Positions 1 through 13,399 of a stretch of DNA of 64,000 nt are shown here, piece after piece (positions within the stretch are counted from its first letter, which is position 1; each line of letters opens with the position of its first letter). The notes under the pieces are model-generated. The model saw only the letters and a list, made by a program, of their open reading frames with translations, did no database searches and had not been told where the DNA came from. Location: NCBI RefSeq assembly GCF_964204645.1, contig NC_134036.1, positions 11,077,859 through 11,141,858 on the forward strand. Direction: 5' to 3'. Both the position numbers and the translations under genes were made by a program. The stretch comes from Tubulanus polymorphus (taxonomy: Eukaryota > Animalia > Nemertea).

Positions 1-1789
1 AGCGAATTATTTAAAAGTAAATTGTATTACGTTTTATTTCATAGTTGGTTATTTATTCAGCGTCTGTTTCGTTAATCTTTTTCTTATATATTTTGCACTT
101 AGCACATACTACCGTAATTATGAATACGATGTTTTCAAGGCGGTCTCGAGCGGAATTAATGCGTCGATCGCTCGAAATTGCTTCGTGAAGTTACCACCTC
201 TGCCAAAAGTGGCGTGCGTATCGGTCCGACTGATTGGACCGCGCGCAGCCGTCTGGCGCACATCAGTCCCCATATCAACGGATACTTTTTGGCTTCAAAT
301 TCTGAAAATAACTTCTCCCGAGTCTCTCCGAATTTTCGAGGCCGTACCACAAGTCGATCGATTTTTTTCCAAAAAAAAAAATTATTGTTCAGTGCTCACC
401 GGTGCGTTAAGTCGCGATTTTCGGCATATAACCTAGAACAAAAAATACAGCCGTTACAAAATCGTTTCGCGTGCACATGGCTTGTGACGGTGAATTTCTC
501 ATGGAGCCACGTTCATTGGTCAGGTCCGGGGTTTAGGCTCACTATTTCAAAGCCAATAAGGTAGGTCCCTGTTTCTATTTGCTAAAAACGTTCGGTTCAG
601 CAGTAAGTTCATAACGTACGTTGAGTGCGTTAATACATGAATCTAGTTTTACGCAGGCACTCGCGCATTCTCGCGTGAGTGGTTGCTATACCGGCAGGTG
701 TAGTTCAGTTCTTTGATGACACCTGCAAAAGAAAAATCAATGAATGTATGTGAAAAACTGATATTTGGGTCTTTTCGGCAATTTTTGTCCAACTTGGCCA
801 CGAAAAATCGAACAACATCACAAGCACGTGTATAGGAAACGTGAGGAAAAGTCTGGTGCATTTTGATATAACCGTTGCGGATATTCAGCATGAATTCAGG
901 TAAGCCGGCACTAGACTGTTAAACTATTCAAAACATGATCATTGAAATGCGATGTGCATTCAAGCATGCAGCGGGCTAAAAAATTGAATTGAAATTCAGC
1001 TAGCTTCAGTTGATGCTGATCGGTGTCTAATCCTGCGTGATAAGTCGATGTTCCAGGTGGTATTTCGTTGCCAACTTGCAGAATGGTGACGCACATAATA
1101 TCAAAATACATAGATGAAAGAGACATTAAAAAACAATGACTTAACTTAAAATACCGGATCCCTAGTACATCTAACTGCATTCGGCTGATGTACGTTCACT
1201 TTTCGCTTGTCTGTTGATCTGGAGGTTGACAGTTTGAACGGTTTGATCTATTTTTGATGATTAGGATTTACTGTTCCGTTCACAGATACAATGTCAGTAG
1301 ACCTATTGCAGGCAGCCTTAAACGTCTACGAATCTCGTTCCACGTTTGTTGGATACGGTAGTAGCATACGCATCGATCGTGTACTCACGGGGAGGTACAG
1401 CGACATATTGCGATCGCTTTTTTTGTTTGTTGTCCGTGTGTCCATTCCGACCCGTCGAGGGAATCGAGTAATTTGCAGCGTTCTGGAAACGATTTATTGG
1501 TGTTAATTCCCCGTATATATTTCTACAGGCTACATTACTCTGAATTGTCGTTTACTGCGGTGTTGTGGTTAAATGTGTGGATTATTTGTGTCATCTGTCA
1601 ATGATTATCATCCAATTTTTCACTGGTCTACTTGCCTGGATCTTCTCTATTGTGGCCATCGCTCTGTTTTGTGCAGTGTCCTATTACCCCTATGACATAT
1701 AATCTGCCCTCATCACCCTTATGATACATGTCTATTATTCCTTTGCATATAGCATGCCTGCTATAAATATCTACGGCTTTTAGACATAT

Positions 1790-3880
1790 GAAATGCATAT
1801 TACCTTAAGAATCCTTGTAATGCAGAAATGTGATTTTGAGACAACGTCCTGTCATTCAATGCATGCTTTCTCACGACTTATATTTCCATTCACGTGCATG
1901 ATACTCAGTGAATGAAGACATTTTCTCGACTCGCTCTGATAGAATTAATCATATTGAAAATGATTTTTCAGCCATTAAAGACGCTGGCGCTGACGGGATC
2001 CCTGTAAAAATAGTACGTACAGTCAACCCCGCATAAGTCGTCTTTGAATTAGTCGTGTCATCACATCTCTCGTATAACTATTTCGGTCTCGATTTTTTCT
2101 TTGTACCATATAATATTTTGCTTATTACTCGTACCTTATAAGTCGTATTTTCACGTTAGTCGTATCAATTTTAGGGGCCAAAACTTCTAATTCCATTCAA
2201 AATACCTCGCGTAGGTCGTAGCCCGATATGCCGGTATCAGATGAAAATACCCTGCAATATTGTCAAGTGTTTAGACAGTTACAATGTAACTTCCTTGTGA
2301 CGTTGTCTACGTGGTGCACTCGACAGCTTTAGATGCTTGATTGAGAGGAGATTTCAGCAATATATATCTGCACTGTCAGGTCAGCTCAGTGATACGACCT
2401 CTGCTGGAATCCGAGCGTAGTATATATTGTATTTTCACGGATTATTCACTGAATTCGCATAAAACCGCGATATATAAATACGACTTACACATGACTCGTA
2501 ACTAAGTCGTAGAAAAATCGTCAGTCCCGAGGGCTACGACTTATGCGGGGTTGACTGTATATTTAATTGTAGTTTGAAGGCACGTATATTATCAAGTGAA
2601 CTGAAGTTTGTGCGGGTACGTATACTTTACAAAGCAGGCAATAATGACTCTTCTGATACTTTACAAAGCAGGCAATAATGACTCTTCTGATAATAACAGA
2701 CCGATATCTGTACTGCCTTGCTTTTCCAGAATTTTGGAAAATATCGTATATAATCGATTAACGGAATATTGTTACACAGTTTCATAGTATGCAACCAAAC
2801 CAGTTTGGCTTTTCAAAAGAACCATTCAACTGCCATGGCCGTAACCGTGATAAGTGACGAAACTTCATGAAATTTAGAAAGAAAAAATAATCAACTAATA
2901 AGGGAATTCCTAGGTGTTTCAAAAGCAAATGACCCCGTTGATCACGATATCATTGTACGAAAATAATGTCTGTATGGAACAAGAGGTCTCTCGAACAACT
3001 GGTTAGAAAACAATTATCTCAAATTCAAAATTATAAATCTTCATTCGGAACTGTTAAAACTGAGTTCCCCAAGGCTCAATTGTAGGTCCCATGCTTTTTT
3101 GTTATACGGTAATAACTGAATTAAATTTTCTAGTGTGTTAAAACTTATATTGTTTGCTGCTGACGCAAGTGCCTTTTTATAGTTACAACAATTTAGACGG
3201 ATTAGTATGTACTGTACATATTGAATTATCAAAATTTGTACCTGGTTTCAAACAAACAAGTTGCCATTTAATGTATAGAAGACGTCATTTATGGTTTCCA
3301 GTTAATTATTGAAAAATAACTTGAGAATATTGAACAAGTCAATGTCCTAAATTTGGTTAGAGTTCTTATCCAGATATCTAAACTGGGACGATCTCATAAA
3401 ATCAGTCGACACAATAGTTTCTCGAAACATTGGTATAATAAATAGACTCAAAAATATGCTCCCAGCGAGCTCATTTCGTACACTTTATTTTTCGCTTATC
3501 GATCCTTACCTCCAGTATTATAACTACAGCCAGTAATTGAATTGCAAAAAGAGGTATTAGGTTCATTTCGAATTCCTATTATTTGACGTACACTGACCCT
3601 GTATTCAAACAGTTAATTTCCTCAAGCTCAAAGATATTGATAACCCCAAACGAGGTACTTTATCAACTAATTCGTCCACTCTGAATTGTCGAAATCTTTC
3701 GAAAATGATTGAAGCCAAAATTTTCAAATCTACAGTCATAATAGTCGGTGACGACAAGATTTACACACACTTACTCACAATAGCCAAAGAAGAACAATTT
3801 CTGGAAAATTCAAAATTGTTTCTAAGAAATTATAGAAAAAAAAACTTTGCCCTTGATTACAATATATATTCATCCTCTTA
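1790..3880 (+). mobile_element. Old, degenerate CR1/L2-type LINE RT fragment
   Basis: Broken motifs ADGIPVKI, RPISVLPCFSRILE, QFGF, SKANDPVDHDI, SRNIGIINRLK and LIDPYLQY; many stops and frameshifts. Confidence 0.85.
2020..2557. mobile_element. Tc1/mariner (pogo/Tigger-like) MITE nested in the old LINE
   Basis: Perfect TIR CAGTCAACCCCGCATAAGTCGT / ACGACTTATGCGGGGTTGACTG with TA on both sides. Confidence 0.92.
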
Positions 3881-4744
3881 TTAAAACTCAAATTATAGTT
3901 ATATTGAAAAAATAGAATTACATGTTAATCTAACTGTTTATTATATGTGCAATTGTGTGTTTTGAGGGTTGACTTTGAGCGTGGTTTTGTGTTATCTTTC
4001 CTGTTTTTCGTTTGCACTTTTCTCTTTTGAGGGACCTTTTTATATAAACTCTTTCTTAGTTTCTATGGAGCCATTCGAGTCTAATTTACTGTATTTTGTA
4101 TTACGCTTCGGTGCACTATGCTGTGTATTATATTTGAAAAACGGAGCGTTCATTTATTCTTTCCAGGTGCCCCTTTTATTTCGTGTGCTGTATCTATTCC
4201 TGTTAAAGGGAATTATCTTTGTCGATTGCTAGCTTTATATTTAATCATTGTCTGAATGCAGAATGAAAGCAGTTCTGAGAAATAGTTGAAGTATGTTCTG
4301 AAGGCTGCCCCCTCATTAAGAGGTTAAAAAAGCTTGGACCTGGAACTGGATACAATGCTTTTTAAAAAGCAGAGTTAACAAACCTTCATTTAATGGGATT
4401 AAATGATGTAACTGAATTTATTAAGTAAATTCCTAAAATTACGCCCAGTTAAGTCCGATATAAAACTAAAACGTACGGAAAGCCTCGCTTGCCCATATGT
4501 TTGCGCCATCTGCGGTAGAACGGCAGCAACATTTCAGCTCGTAGAGTCACTACGAAAGATTTCTACCGGTGTTGCTGTTCCACGCCGTAGTTTTAAACAA
4601 AAAAAAAACTGGCTGACGAATGCTCGTCCATGCAGCAGCGTGTTCACTTCTACCCCCGATCATGTACCTATTCCCTTGGCTCGAATTTACGATAACAAGT
4701 CCAATGACTTGCTCTTTCTTCATTAGCATTATCATAAGCACCAT

Positions 4745-4930
4745 GTGTGTAATGTTTGTTCGTTAGGTGCTTCACCGCACGTATTTATTCTTGCGAAGTG
4801 TACACTCGAATGGCTGTCCACCACTGTGGCTCCTGCTATGGTGAACCTAGCGACTTCTTTGTATGGAAGCCTTGCTGCACATTTCACGAGGGAAATTCTT
4901 GCTTGTCTAGTCCGTTGTAATGTTTCATTC
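4745..4930 (-). pseudogene. Decayed C2H2 zinc-finger fragment
   Basis: Translates as KNFPREMCSKASIQRSR*VHHSRSHSGGQPFECTLRKNKY, with an HTGEKPF-like linker, stops and lost Cys residues. Confidence 0.6.
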
Positions 4931-5659
4931 GTGTATTTTGAACAATTACCACGAAAACAATTATGTTCAAACTTATTCAGATTCATAACATACAACCGGG
5001 ATACGTTCCGAGGGTTCATATCCATGCTCACTGCTTCTTGCTTCCGTGTCTCTGGAGGTCACTTCCTCTCTAGTACCTTCACCCGTAACCCCCACACGCG
5101 TAGCATTTTTGGTGGTCGGTAAGTCGTTAATTTTCTTTCACCCCAGAATGCAATAGAATATGCTTTGCATTTCAGACAGTATCAAACTTCAGAATATTAA
5201 GTAACATATTGCACACCAAAAAGATAGTGTTAAGTAATTAGTTAAGTGGTTTTCATGTTATCCCCTACTCCTACGTCTGACATCTGGTCGTTTTCTTTAC
5301 GGCGCATTATTTCTTTGAAGGACAATGGATACTACATTTCTTAAACCCTCAACCCAAGATATTTATTTATCGTAAAGCCCAATGACGTAGTGGTGTCATA
5401 ATGACATACTCACCATCATTGCAGATAAAAGTGATAGAGTCAGGCCATAACCTGGACTTGTTTTGAAACAACGGGGAAAATCTCTGTTTAGTTTCGTTTA
5501 GTTTATTGGTCACATATGCATAAATCATGAACAGACCAACTTACAACTAGGTTACATATACATAGAATATATGTTCGCGTCTAGTGAACGACGAACGACC
5601 GATATGATTGAGTATTTACGGGTTTATTACAAACGTTATTTAAATATGTAGTACAGTAT

Positions 5660-6320
5660 AAACGGTAAGCACAAAAGTCTCTACTTCTTCGTCGTACCAT
5701 CGGCGGTCGGTCGCTGCGTCTACGTGGTTGCTGCGGTACCCTGAAAAGAACGTACGACGGGAACGTTAAGCTAGCTGTCGTGCCGTCGGCGGCTTTCTAC
5801 GGCGAGCGACGGGAACGACGAAGCTTACCTTGAATTCGGTTGTCAGCCGATCTGCTGTAATTGATCCTAGGCGGCGTCCGCCGTTTTCAGGGAATGCGCC
5901 AGGTGTTTCGCTAGCGCCTGCTGAATATCTCACGCCATACCGCGTTGAGGCACTTGGACATAAGCTGAAAGCGTGAAAGTGGAGACGTTATAGGCGGCGG
6001 CGTCTACTCCGTCGTCTACTCCGGTCGGCCGCGGGTTACTTACCAACGAAGACAATTTGTCCCCGTAACGCGTGGTAAACAAATAGTCGTGTTCGTGTCG
6101 GCCGTCGAGAAAGAATCGGCGCGTATTGTGCCCGTATTTCTTCAGGATGCGATATATTTTGGCGTCGACGATGAGTTGGCACGCCTGTCCGCTTTTCGTC
6201 GTCTTGTGAGTTAAAACCTGACGACGTATCTGGTTTCGTTTTCGGCGTCGGTAACTTTGCATGCTATCTTCAGCCGCGAGTATTCGACGTTCGACGGGTC
6301 GCCACCCCGTAACCCCCTAG
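5660..6320 (-). pseudogene. Degenerate tyrosine-recombinase gene related to the 25-36 kb YR
   Basis: Fragments VTGWRPVE, VLTHKTTKSGQACQLIVDAKIY...HDYLFTTRYG, QQALAKHLAHSLKTADAA* (TAG at 5867-5869 where the catalytic Tyr is expected) and RRWYDEEVETFV. Frameshifts and GT-AG introns are present. Confidence 0.75.
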
Positions 6321-6719
6321 TGTAATGTACGATAACATTAAAACCCCAGGATGATGATCCCCTTCACAAGAAAACGATATTTTGAACCACGATATAACCG
6401 CTGATGAAGTAATTACAGCTATTTCGTTACTATAAAACATGGCATCTGGTATCTGGTGGCATCTGGTTAGCTGTTTCGGTGAATTATGTACGAATATTCT
6501 TGATCAAAAGTTGTGCGACGTTCCTTGATTCGAACATAATAATTTGAAGCACAAAATAGTTTTAGACCTAAATATTTGACTATCGATCATATTGATACAG
6601 AGTTGACCTATGAATAAATAATCATCAGTGCGTGTTTAAACATAATTCCTCTTCAGTTTTAAATGGACCTATAGAGTAGCCAGTACTCCTATAGCTGACC
6701 ATATTTAGTTACGCAGTAC

Positions 6720-7700
6720 AGTATGAGTACTGAGTCATGTAGTTTACCTCTGCAGTTACAAACCATCAGGCTCCGGTGAGAGACCTTACACCAAGTCCCT
6801 CCTCGCAAATAATCAGTCAAATAAAATAATGGTATACGGCCAAATTCGTCCTCATGCAGCAGCCTAAGACGGTGGATGAGGCGGTTTACCACGCCCTCAC
6901 AGCTGAGATCATCAGCCAGCTTGACGCACCTGCAACTCCTACTGTAGCAGCGGTGCAAGTACAGGATAACATCCTGATGAATACCCTTATAGAGGAGGTG
7001 AGATCGTTGAGAGTTGACCTGCAAGCTTCGAAACGGAAACCTGATGTTCCGCATCGACCTAACAGGCCTTACTGTGATTTCTGTCACATAGAGGGTGTGA
7101 GGGACACTTGTTTCTGCCGCGATTCAGGATCGGTCCGGGGACCAAGGACCCACCCAGAGTGGAGAGATGGCCGATCGTTTGAAAGTAGTTCACCGAGGAA
7201 TAATATCATAGCAATCCGCGGCCCCAGTACCCTAGCACCATGAACCGCTATCAGAATCAGGGAGATTAGATAAGGCGCGTCTCATTGTGGGTGAGAGCTG
7301 CCTTACGGATAAAAACGCCACGATCAAACCAAGTGTTGATTCCCAACTCAATCATCATAAAATCGCAGATTTTAGTGCTTTACCTAGGGTGACGAAATTT
7401 TACTCTTATGACTTGTATTCATTCATGTAATCGGCTTGGCTCGCTATTTTTGTTTAATTTATGTATTTACGCCTATCGGCTTAGTTCTATCGGTACTAAT
7501 CTACGTAGGATTTTTTGCTAGCTTAGGGAAAGGAGTCATAAGTTCATTGACCATTATATCTGCATGCATATACCTGAGCGATCGTACAGAATCTTGACTT
7601 CTGTAGCAAACTCAATTCCGGGGAAGACTGATAATGTACCGGTTACGATATTTATTGATAGTGGTAGCTACATTACTATGATAAGCGAGTCCCTATATCA
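6720..7700 (+). mobile_element. Gypsy/Ty3 LTR-retrotransposon remnant (gag and protease)
   Basis: QQPKTVDEAV and YCDFCHIEG (broken zinc knuckle), then FIDSGSYITMISE (aspartic protease D-S-G). Confidence 0.7.
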
Positions 7701-9068
7701 ATATTCTTTTTACTTTTCTTCTCCTTTGGTACTGATTTATCCGTTTTTTGTTGCTGATAAGGTCGTTTTACAGGTGCATAAGTTACATGAAGAAGTTTTC
7801 GTTAGGTGACGATGAGATAACCGGTGAGTACATGTTGCTCGTTGTGTGTCTCGTCTCTAAATGAAATGACCTGTCTATTGTCGATGGATTGTAGGTGGCG
7901 ATGCTGGTTCTATTGTTACAAAAATCTTGCCCAGACTCGTATTCGAAATAGCTTTGCCCGAACTGGCCGGATGTATTTTTCCCCGCAATCTTGGATACGT
8001 CACATCCGGTCAACATCTTGGATTACGTCACTTCCGGTAAACCACAACCACACCCGCCTATACCGGGACAGTATGACTACTACCAATTGGTGTTACTATT
8101 TTTGTAGCATTTATTGTAAATCTATGTATCATTCATATTTTGATTCATGAGATTTTATAATAACAAATTTTATATGATATTAATTTGACACGATTTTATT
8201 AATTTTTCGTCATCAAGCTTTTCATCCAGATGAGGATTGGTATAAGCTAAAAATATACAACCTACAATCGTTCCCCAAAGAACCCGGTCTAGAACCATCT
8301 GTGTCACGACTGTCCGTGGTAAACCCCAACAGGATATCCGATAGCAGAGAATCAACAAACGGACAACAAGAATTCTTAAAACAAAACGAGTTACAAGTTA
8401 ATTCTAACTTTACCTCTACAGTTAATTACAGTAGAGTTTGTTCACACTTCTCCAGTAGTGAGCCGTGGTGGTATCCCAGTAGGACGCGATCTTGATGTGT
8501 GCACACTGATCAACGTATGATGAGCCTCCCATGATGTAGTGAATGTTGACGACCGTAAGTTAACCGCGCTCACTGACGTAGCTTGAGTGCGGGAGGTTTC
8601 GAGACGCACACACAACTGACGTATCTAAGACAACAACAGTTACTGTTACTGGCATTTATGAGGGTCATAAACCCTGCAAACCAAACGTGCGTCTCAATGG
8701 TAACGTTATTTGATTATAATACGAAGATTTATCCGAAGATAGTACAATACAATGGTTTATCTATCAAGCAATTTGCTTGGAATGATTATTAAGAATGAAT
8801 ATTAGAATAGTTTAACTTACACCGTGAACAGCATACATGTGTTAATATATTACACCCAATACGGTGTCCTAACAGCTGAACGGGTTTGTCGTGTCTAGGG
8901 GAATGACGCTTAAACCAAATCTTATATAGAATTGACCGCTATGGTTGAATGGTCACATTGAGAAAGGTGCGCTGATCCCAAGAAACACACAGCTAGCTAA
9001 AAGCTATGCAGGCATGCAGAATGCATGAATATTAGAAGCTATGAATGCAAGGTCGTGACAAACAGAAA

Positions 9069-9563
9069 TTAAAGGCGCCGACAGAGCAGCAGAATGTGGT
9101 TGCAGCGATGAGGTAAGAAAACTGATTGATGCAATCGAGGCAAATGTACTGTCGAAGATAGGGCAGATGGAGCTGAAATCTTAACAGGTAACTGCTGTAC
9201 AGAGGTAAGAATTTCTTTCCTCTGTATGGTTGAAGAAGTGAAGAACTCCTTCCCACCAATACGCTTTGACTGATCTTTCAATCTCCAATCACCATTCAGA
9301 TAGGCTTGTTCTACATTAAGTTGTTGCTGCTTTACAATTGATTGAAGCTCTGTAACAAACCGGTCAATATCGTTCTCCTTAAAATTACTGAATCTTCTTA
9401 ATTTTGCATTCAGAGATTCAACCCTATTGCCATCATAGATAGCATATCCTGAAAATTCGACGTTTTCTGGGACAAGACCATGATCTCTCAATATATTTGC
9501 AAAATGAGATTTGAATTGTGGGGAAAAATGTTCATTCTCTTTCATAGGATTATTCCAGATCAC
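9069..9563 (-). CDS. Unassigned 164-aa ORF, possibly a gene fragment
   Basis: The first 115 or so residues look protein-like; no motif recognised. Confidence 0.25.
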   Translation of the reverse strand: MIWNNPMKENEHFSPQFKSHFANILRDHGLVPENVEFSGYAIYDGNRVESLNAKLRRFSNFKENDIDRFVTELQSIVKQQQLNVEQAYLNGDWRLKDQSKRIGGKEFFTSSTIQRKEILTSVQQLPVKISAPSALSSTVHLPRLHQSVFLPHRCNHILLLCRRL

Positions 9564-9569
9564 TCCATT

Positions 9570-10980
9570 TCTTCTCTAGTAAAGCTAAGCGTTCAGTGAA
9601 ATTGATGCTTGTGCTATGAACTAACCCTAACTCTGATTTTGATCAAAAAATATCCTTCAAAATGACCTGCCGTATACTAACAGGCAAAGCAAGTTATGTC
9701 ATCAACTTTTCAATATTACGTCGTAAATGAACCATACATCTTAAGTGGATCTTAAGTTTTCATCAGTTACTGTCTCATATTCTAAACAAATATTTGATAA
9801 TTTAAAATCCATAGTCCAGTTCCACAGTTCTGAGTTAAGATTTGACCCTGGGTTAAAACATTGAAAATGAACTAACTTTTACTCAGTGTCAACTCTAACT
9901 CACAACTGTGGAACTGGGTCCATATCTTTAACAACGCTAGATAATACAATTTCATAAACAGGAGCAAATATTATTTCGAATATAGTATCTTCTTGTATAG
10001 CATATTTATACAGGTGCATTATTATTTATCAATTCAAAGTCTCATGGAATTTTATATTTGCTTCCATAAATAGTTACTACTGCGTTATGTGCTTCAGATC
10101 TTAATTTATTTTGGTTTTCTGATTGGATGACTTGAAATATCATATTATTTCTATTTTCTTTTGCTAACCATGAATCTTTATAATGCGTAAATAAATCATA
10201 ATCACCTAATGTAAAAATTGTCTCCGGACCGATCTTTATTTTTAATTTTGTAATTAAATATGTTCCAACATTATCTACGACATAATTATTATTATTACCA
10301 GTTACTTTTATATCAGCTGATAGATAAATACTATTTGGAACATAAAAAGTATTTTGTGTTAATCGAGGAATTCTAACATATAAATTTCAACAGGATTAAT
10401 ATTAGATGGATTATGAGAAATGATATGATGAGATCTTTCTGCTTTAATTGCATTAGATATTCTAGAATTCTTAGAAGGATTTATAGCACTTCCACTAGCC
10501 ATTTATTAAGAAATAAAGTTACTTTTTATCATGTTCACGAATCCAAAAATAATTGCGCAAACAACTGATTAAAAATAATATTATATGATCAGCAGCAAAG
10601 CTAATAATATTTCCTGCAGACTTCAAAACAAAACTAACAATAATTCCGGGTAATGCTGCTGCAGATTTTTAGATAGTTCCCATTGATATTTTGCTAATTT
10701 TTTTAAACCGTCTTTAACTTTATCTTGTGTAGAATTATGACTTGGAGGTTTATCCGATTTATTAGGGTTCGGTGTAGATTTTAATGACTTTGATATAGCT
10801 AAGCCTATTGTTTTAAATATCATAGTTACAGCTGTTAGAATTGAAAGAATTGTGATACCTTCTAATTTAGATAATAATTTTATTCTATCTTTTAATGATA
10901 TTTCAGAATTTGGTTTTATTAACAAATCTTTGAAAATAACTTTTAATCTATTAATATTATAATCATATGTTCAAATTTGA
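9570..10980 (-). mobile_element. Polinton/Maverick or adintovirus-like endogenous remnant: membrane-protein-like ORF plus degenerate major-capsid-like gene
   Basis: Very AT-rich, intronless and tightly packed. EGITILSILTAVTMIF...GLKKLAKY (10623-10925), then ATG at about 10502 giving MASGSAINPSKNSRISNAIKAERSHHIISHNPSNINP..., YKDSWL...RNNMIFQ and FKLSNICLEYETV, with frameshifts. Family call is from motif memory. Confidence 0.55.
9814..9920. mobile_element. Small MITE inserted in the capsid-like remnant
   Basis: TIR CCAGTTCCACAGTT / AACTGTGGAACTGG. Confidence 0.65.
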
Positions 10981-11418
10981 GAAATTGAAATAGGAGGATG
11001 TTGATTTCCGATCGGTATTATAAGAACTTAGTTGTCTAGTTGATCATAAGCTGTTGGGCTCGAGTCTCACTATAATTGTTTTCGTGCAGCATACGAAAAA
11101 AGTGCCGGGAAAATTCGGGTGGTTTGAGGAGTATTAGTCTTGGCGGATACGGGTAGCTTGAGTGCTAACGGGTTAATAATTTCAGTCAGATTTCTGAGAA
11201 TTTGTTTTTCATTTGATGCGAACAATAAATTGTGTGCGTAAATGAATATACGTCATGGCTTGCACGTAGCTTCAGTCTATTGATACAATCAGTCCACACA
11301 CCTCTGACACGTAATCGAATCATGAATTCAACTCAGATGCAGTTTAACAGTTACATTGCTATAATGCGTATAGTGAACAGGTCTGGAGCAAACCGAACTG
11401 AGTTAATTCTCGTGAATC

Positions 11419-12366
11419 ATGAATTCAACTAAGATTCGAATTGGCCGAACGTATAGCAGTTACATCATTCTAATGTCGGTGGAGAACAGGTCTGGAACGT
11501 ACCGTACAGTGTCGTTGGTCATTCTGCCTATCGTGTTTCTGTTTGGAGTATTTGGAAATTCAGCTACTTTTCTCATAATGACGAGTCGCAGATTCCGCAG
11601 TTTATCTTACGCTAACTATCTTGTCATTTTATCAGTCTGTGATTTCCTGTTCTGTATACATTTTACACTGATGCCTGTTTTACAGTTTGTTCTCTTGAAT
11701 CTAAACACTGGTCTTATTTTCATCATGAATTCACTGATCAGTTGTAAGATATATGAAGTATTGATGGCAGGTGCCAATTCTAGCAGTTCCTGGTTATTGG
11801 TGGCTATATCTCTAGAACGTGCGGCAGTTGTTCTCTTTCCGTTCACTTCTCGTTTGATATGTACACCTAGATTCGCTAGATTTGCTATATTGATAATTAC
11901 TTCAGTGACTGTACTGGTTCAACTTCCCGCTGTTTTGTCCATACATTTTGACGACCAGTTTTTCGGATGTTACTATGAATTAATTGTCCAAATGAAATTT
12001 CTTACTCCACTTGGTGTCTACGCTTTTGTTTTGCCTTTATCGTTGATTCTAATATCAAATTCTATCATAATTATTCAGTTATTCAGAGGTACAAAAATGC
12101 TTTCGTCTGATAAGAAAACTGCAAAATCGAAACGTACAACAATGATGCTTGTAACAGTTTCACTCGCATTTGCAATATTCACACTTCCAACCACTATTGC
12201 TGCATTTTTACCAATCCTTACGGAACAGAAAGAATTTCTATATGACATTTTCACACAATTCGTAATGTGTAACTATGTGGTAAATTTCTACATATATCTT
12301 TTACTGGGACGAGAAATTCGTGAATATTTCTGTATGAAAATCTGCTGTAGAAATTCAATCAAATAA
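11419..12366 (+). CDS. Intronless class A (rhodopsin-like) GPCR of the FMRFamide/peptide-receptor-like expanded type
   Basis: 315 aa with 7 hydrophobic segments. GN in TM1, YL..L...D in TM2, SLERAAVV.FP (DRY-like) and NYVVNFYIY (NPxxY-like). The start could be the Met at 11473. Confidence 0.92.
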   Translation: MNSTKIRIGRTYSSYIILMSVENRSGTYRTVSLVILPIVFLFGVFGNSATFLIMTSRRFRSLSYANYLVILSVCDFLFCIHFTLMPVLQFVLLNLNTGLIFIMNSLISCKIYEVLMAGANSSSSWLLVAISLERAAVVLFPFTSRLICTPRFARFAILIITSVTVLVQLPAVLSIHFDDQFFGCYYELIVQMKFLTPLGVYAFVLPLSLILISNSIIIIQLFRGTKMLSSDKKTAKSKRTTMMLVTVSLAFAIFTLPTTIAAFLPILTEQKEFLYDIFTQFVMCNYVVNFYIYLLLGREIREYFCMKICCRNSIK

Positions 12367-13399
12367 CCACTGATTTAAAATTGTATTCACATCGATTTAC
12401 AGTAGGACATTTTGTTTGAGAATTGGAAATTAATCAAGGAATCACTGCCCTTGAAAATCGTGTCGAAGAACCTATTAGTGTAAAATGGTTACTATGAATC
12501 GCAGCCTTTCAATCATTAAATATACTCCCCTTCCCCCTTACCCCCACCCCACGTAGTCATACAACTTGAAACCGTATTTACTGTGGCCTGGTAACGGTGT
12601 GATATTCAGTTAATGAAATTCGATTTTTATACAGCTGCAAATATATAGTAAAACAGTTTGGAAAAACTAAATTTTCTTTCTACAAATTGTTGAATCTTTT
12701 CATTTTCGTAGATTATTTTTGTATACAACACACAAATACAAACAGTAGTTTATCAAAGCTTAATTGTAGCTGGACGAGAAATATTTCTGTGAAAATCCGC
12801 GTATAATATTACAACGTACGTACATTTATTAAAGCACTGTGGCTGGGACTGACTGTGGTCAGTAAACATATATTTATATAGGTAGAGTTTATTGGGGTAA
12901 GTCAAGTATAAACACTGAATGATTCACGCTGTTCAGACTGAAGTCAGTAATACCATATAAACACTATACATACAATCACTATACAATAACTGAGTAACAC
13001 AACTGGGTAACACGAGGCTGCAAATTCTTAGAAACACCGGCCACATCGGATAAAATGCCAGCGCAAATTTCAAAATCTTCTCTCGACTTAATCGATAGCT
13101 AATAGTAGAATTAGACATGTTTAAATATCAACAACAAAATGTAAACGTGACTTTATTGCATAATCATTGGCTACTCACCTCCATCGTATTGGCACCAACA
13201 AAAGTTACGAAGTCCACTTTAACACGTGATTTCTCGAATCTTTCTACGGCGTGCATCATGTTAAATAGGCTCAACCTGGACTTTTTGCGCATGATCTTAG
13301 TGAATCGAAGTGGTTCGATTGCGTATGGAAAATCGTAGAAATCTTTTCCTTTTCCTGCCGGCACTCAACGCTGTACTCCAGAATTTGTTATATCTACGT

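Noticed and set aside
156-1506. Short ORFs at the window start
   Set aside because: No recognisable motifs or exon chain.
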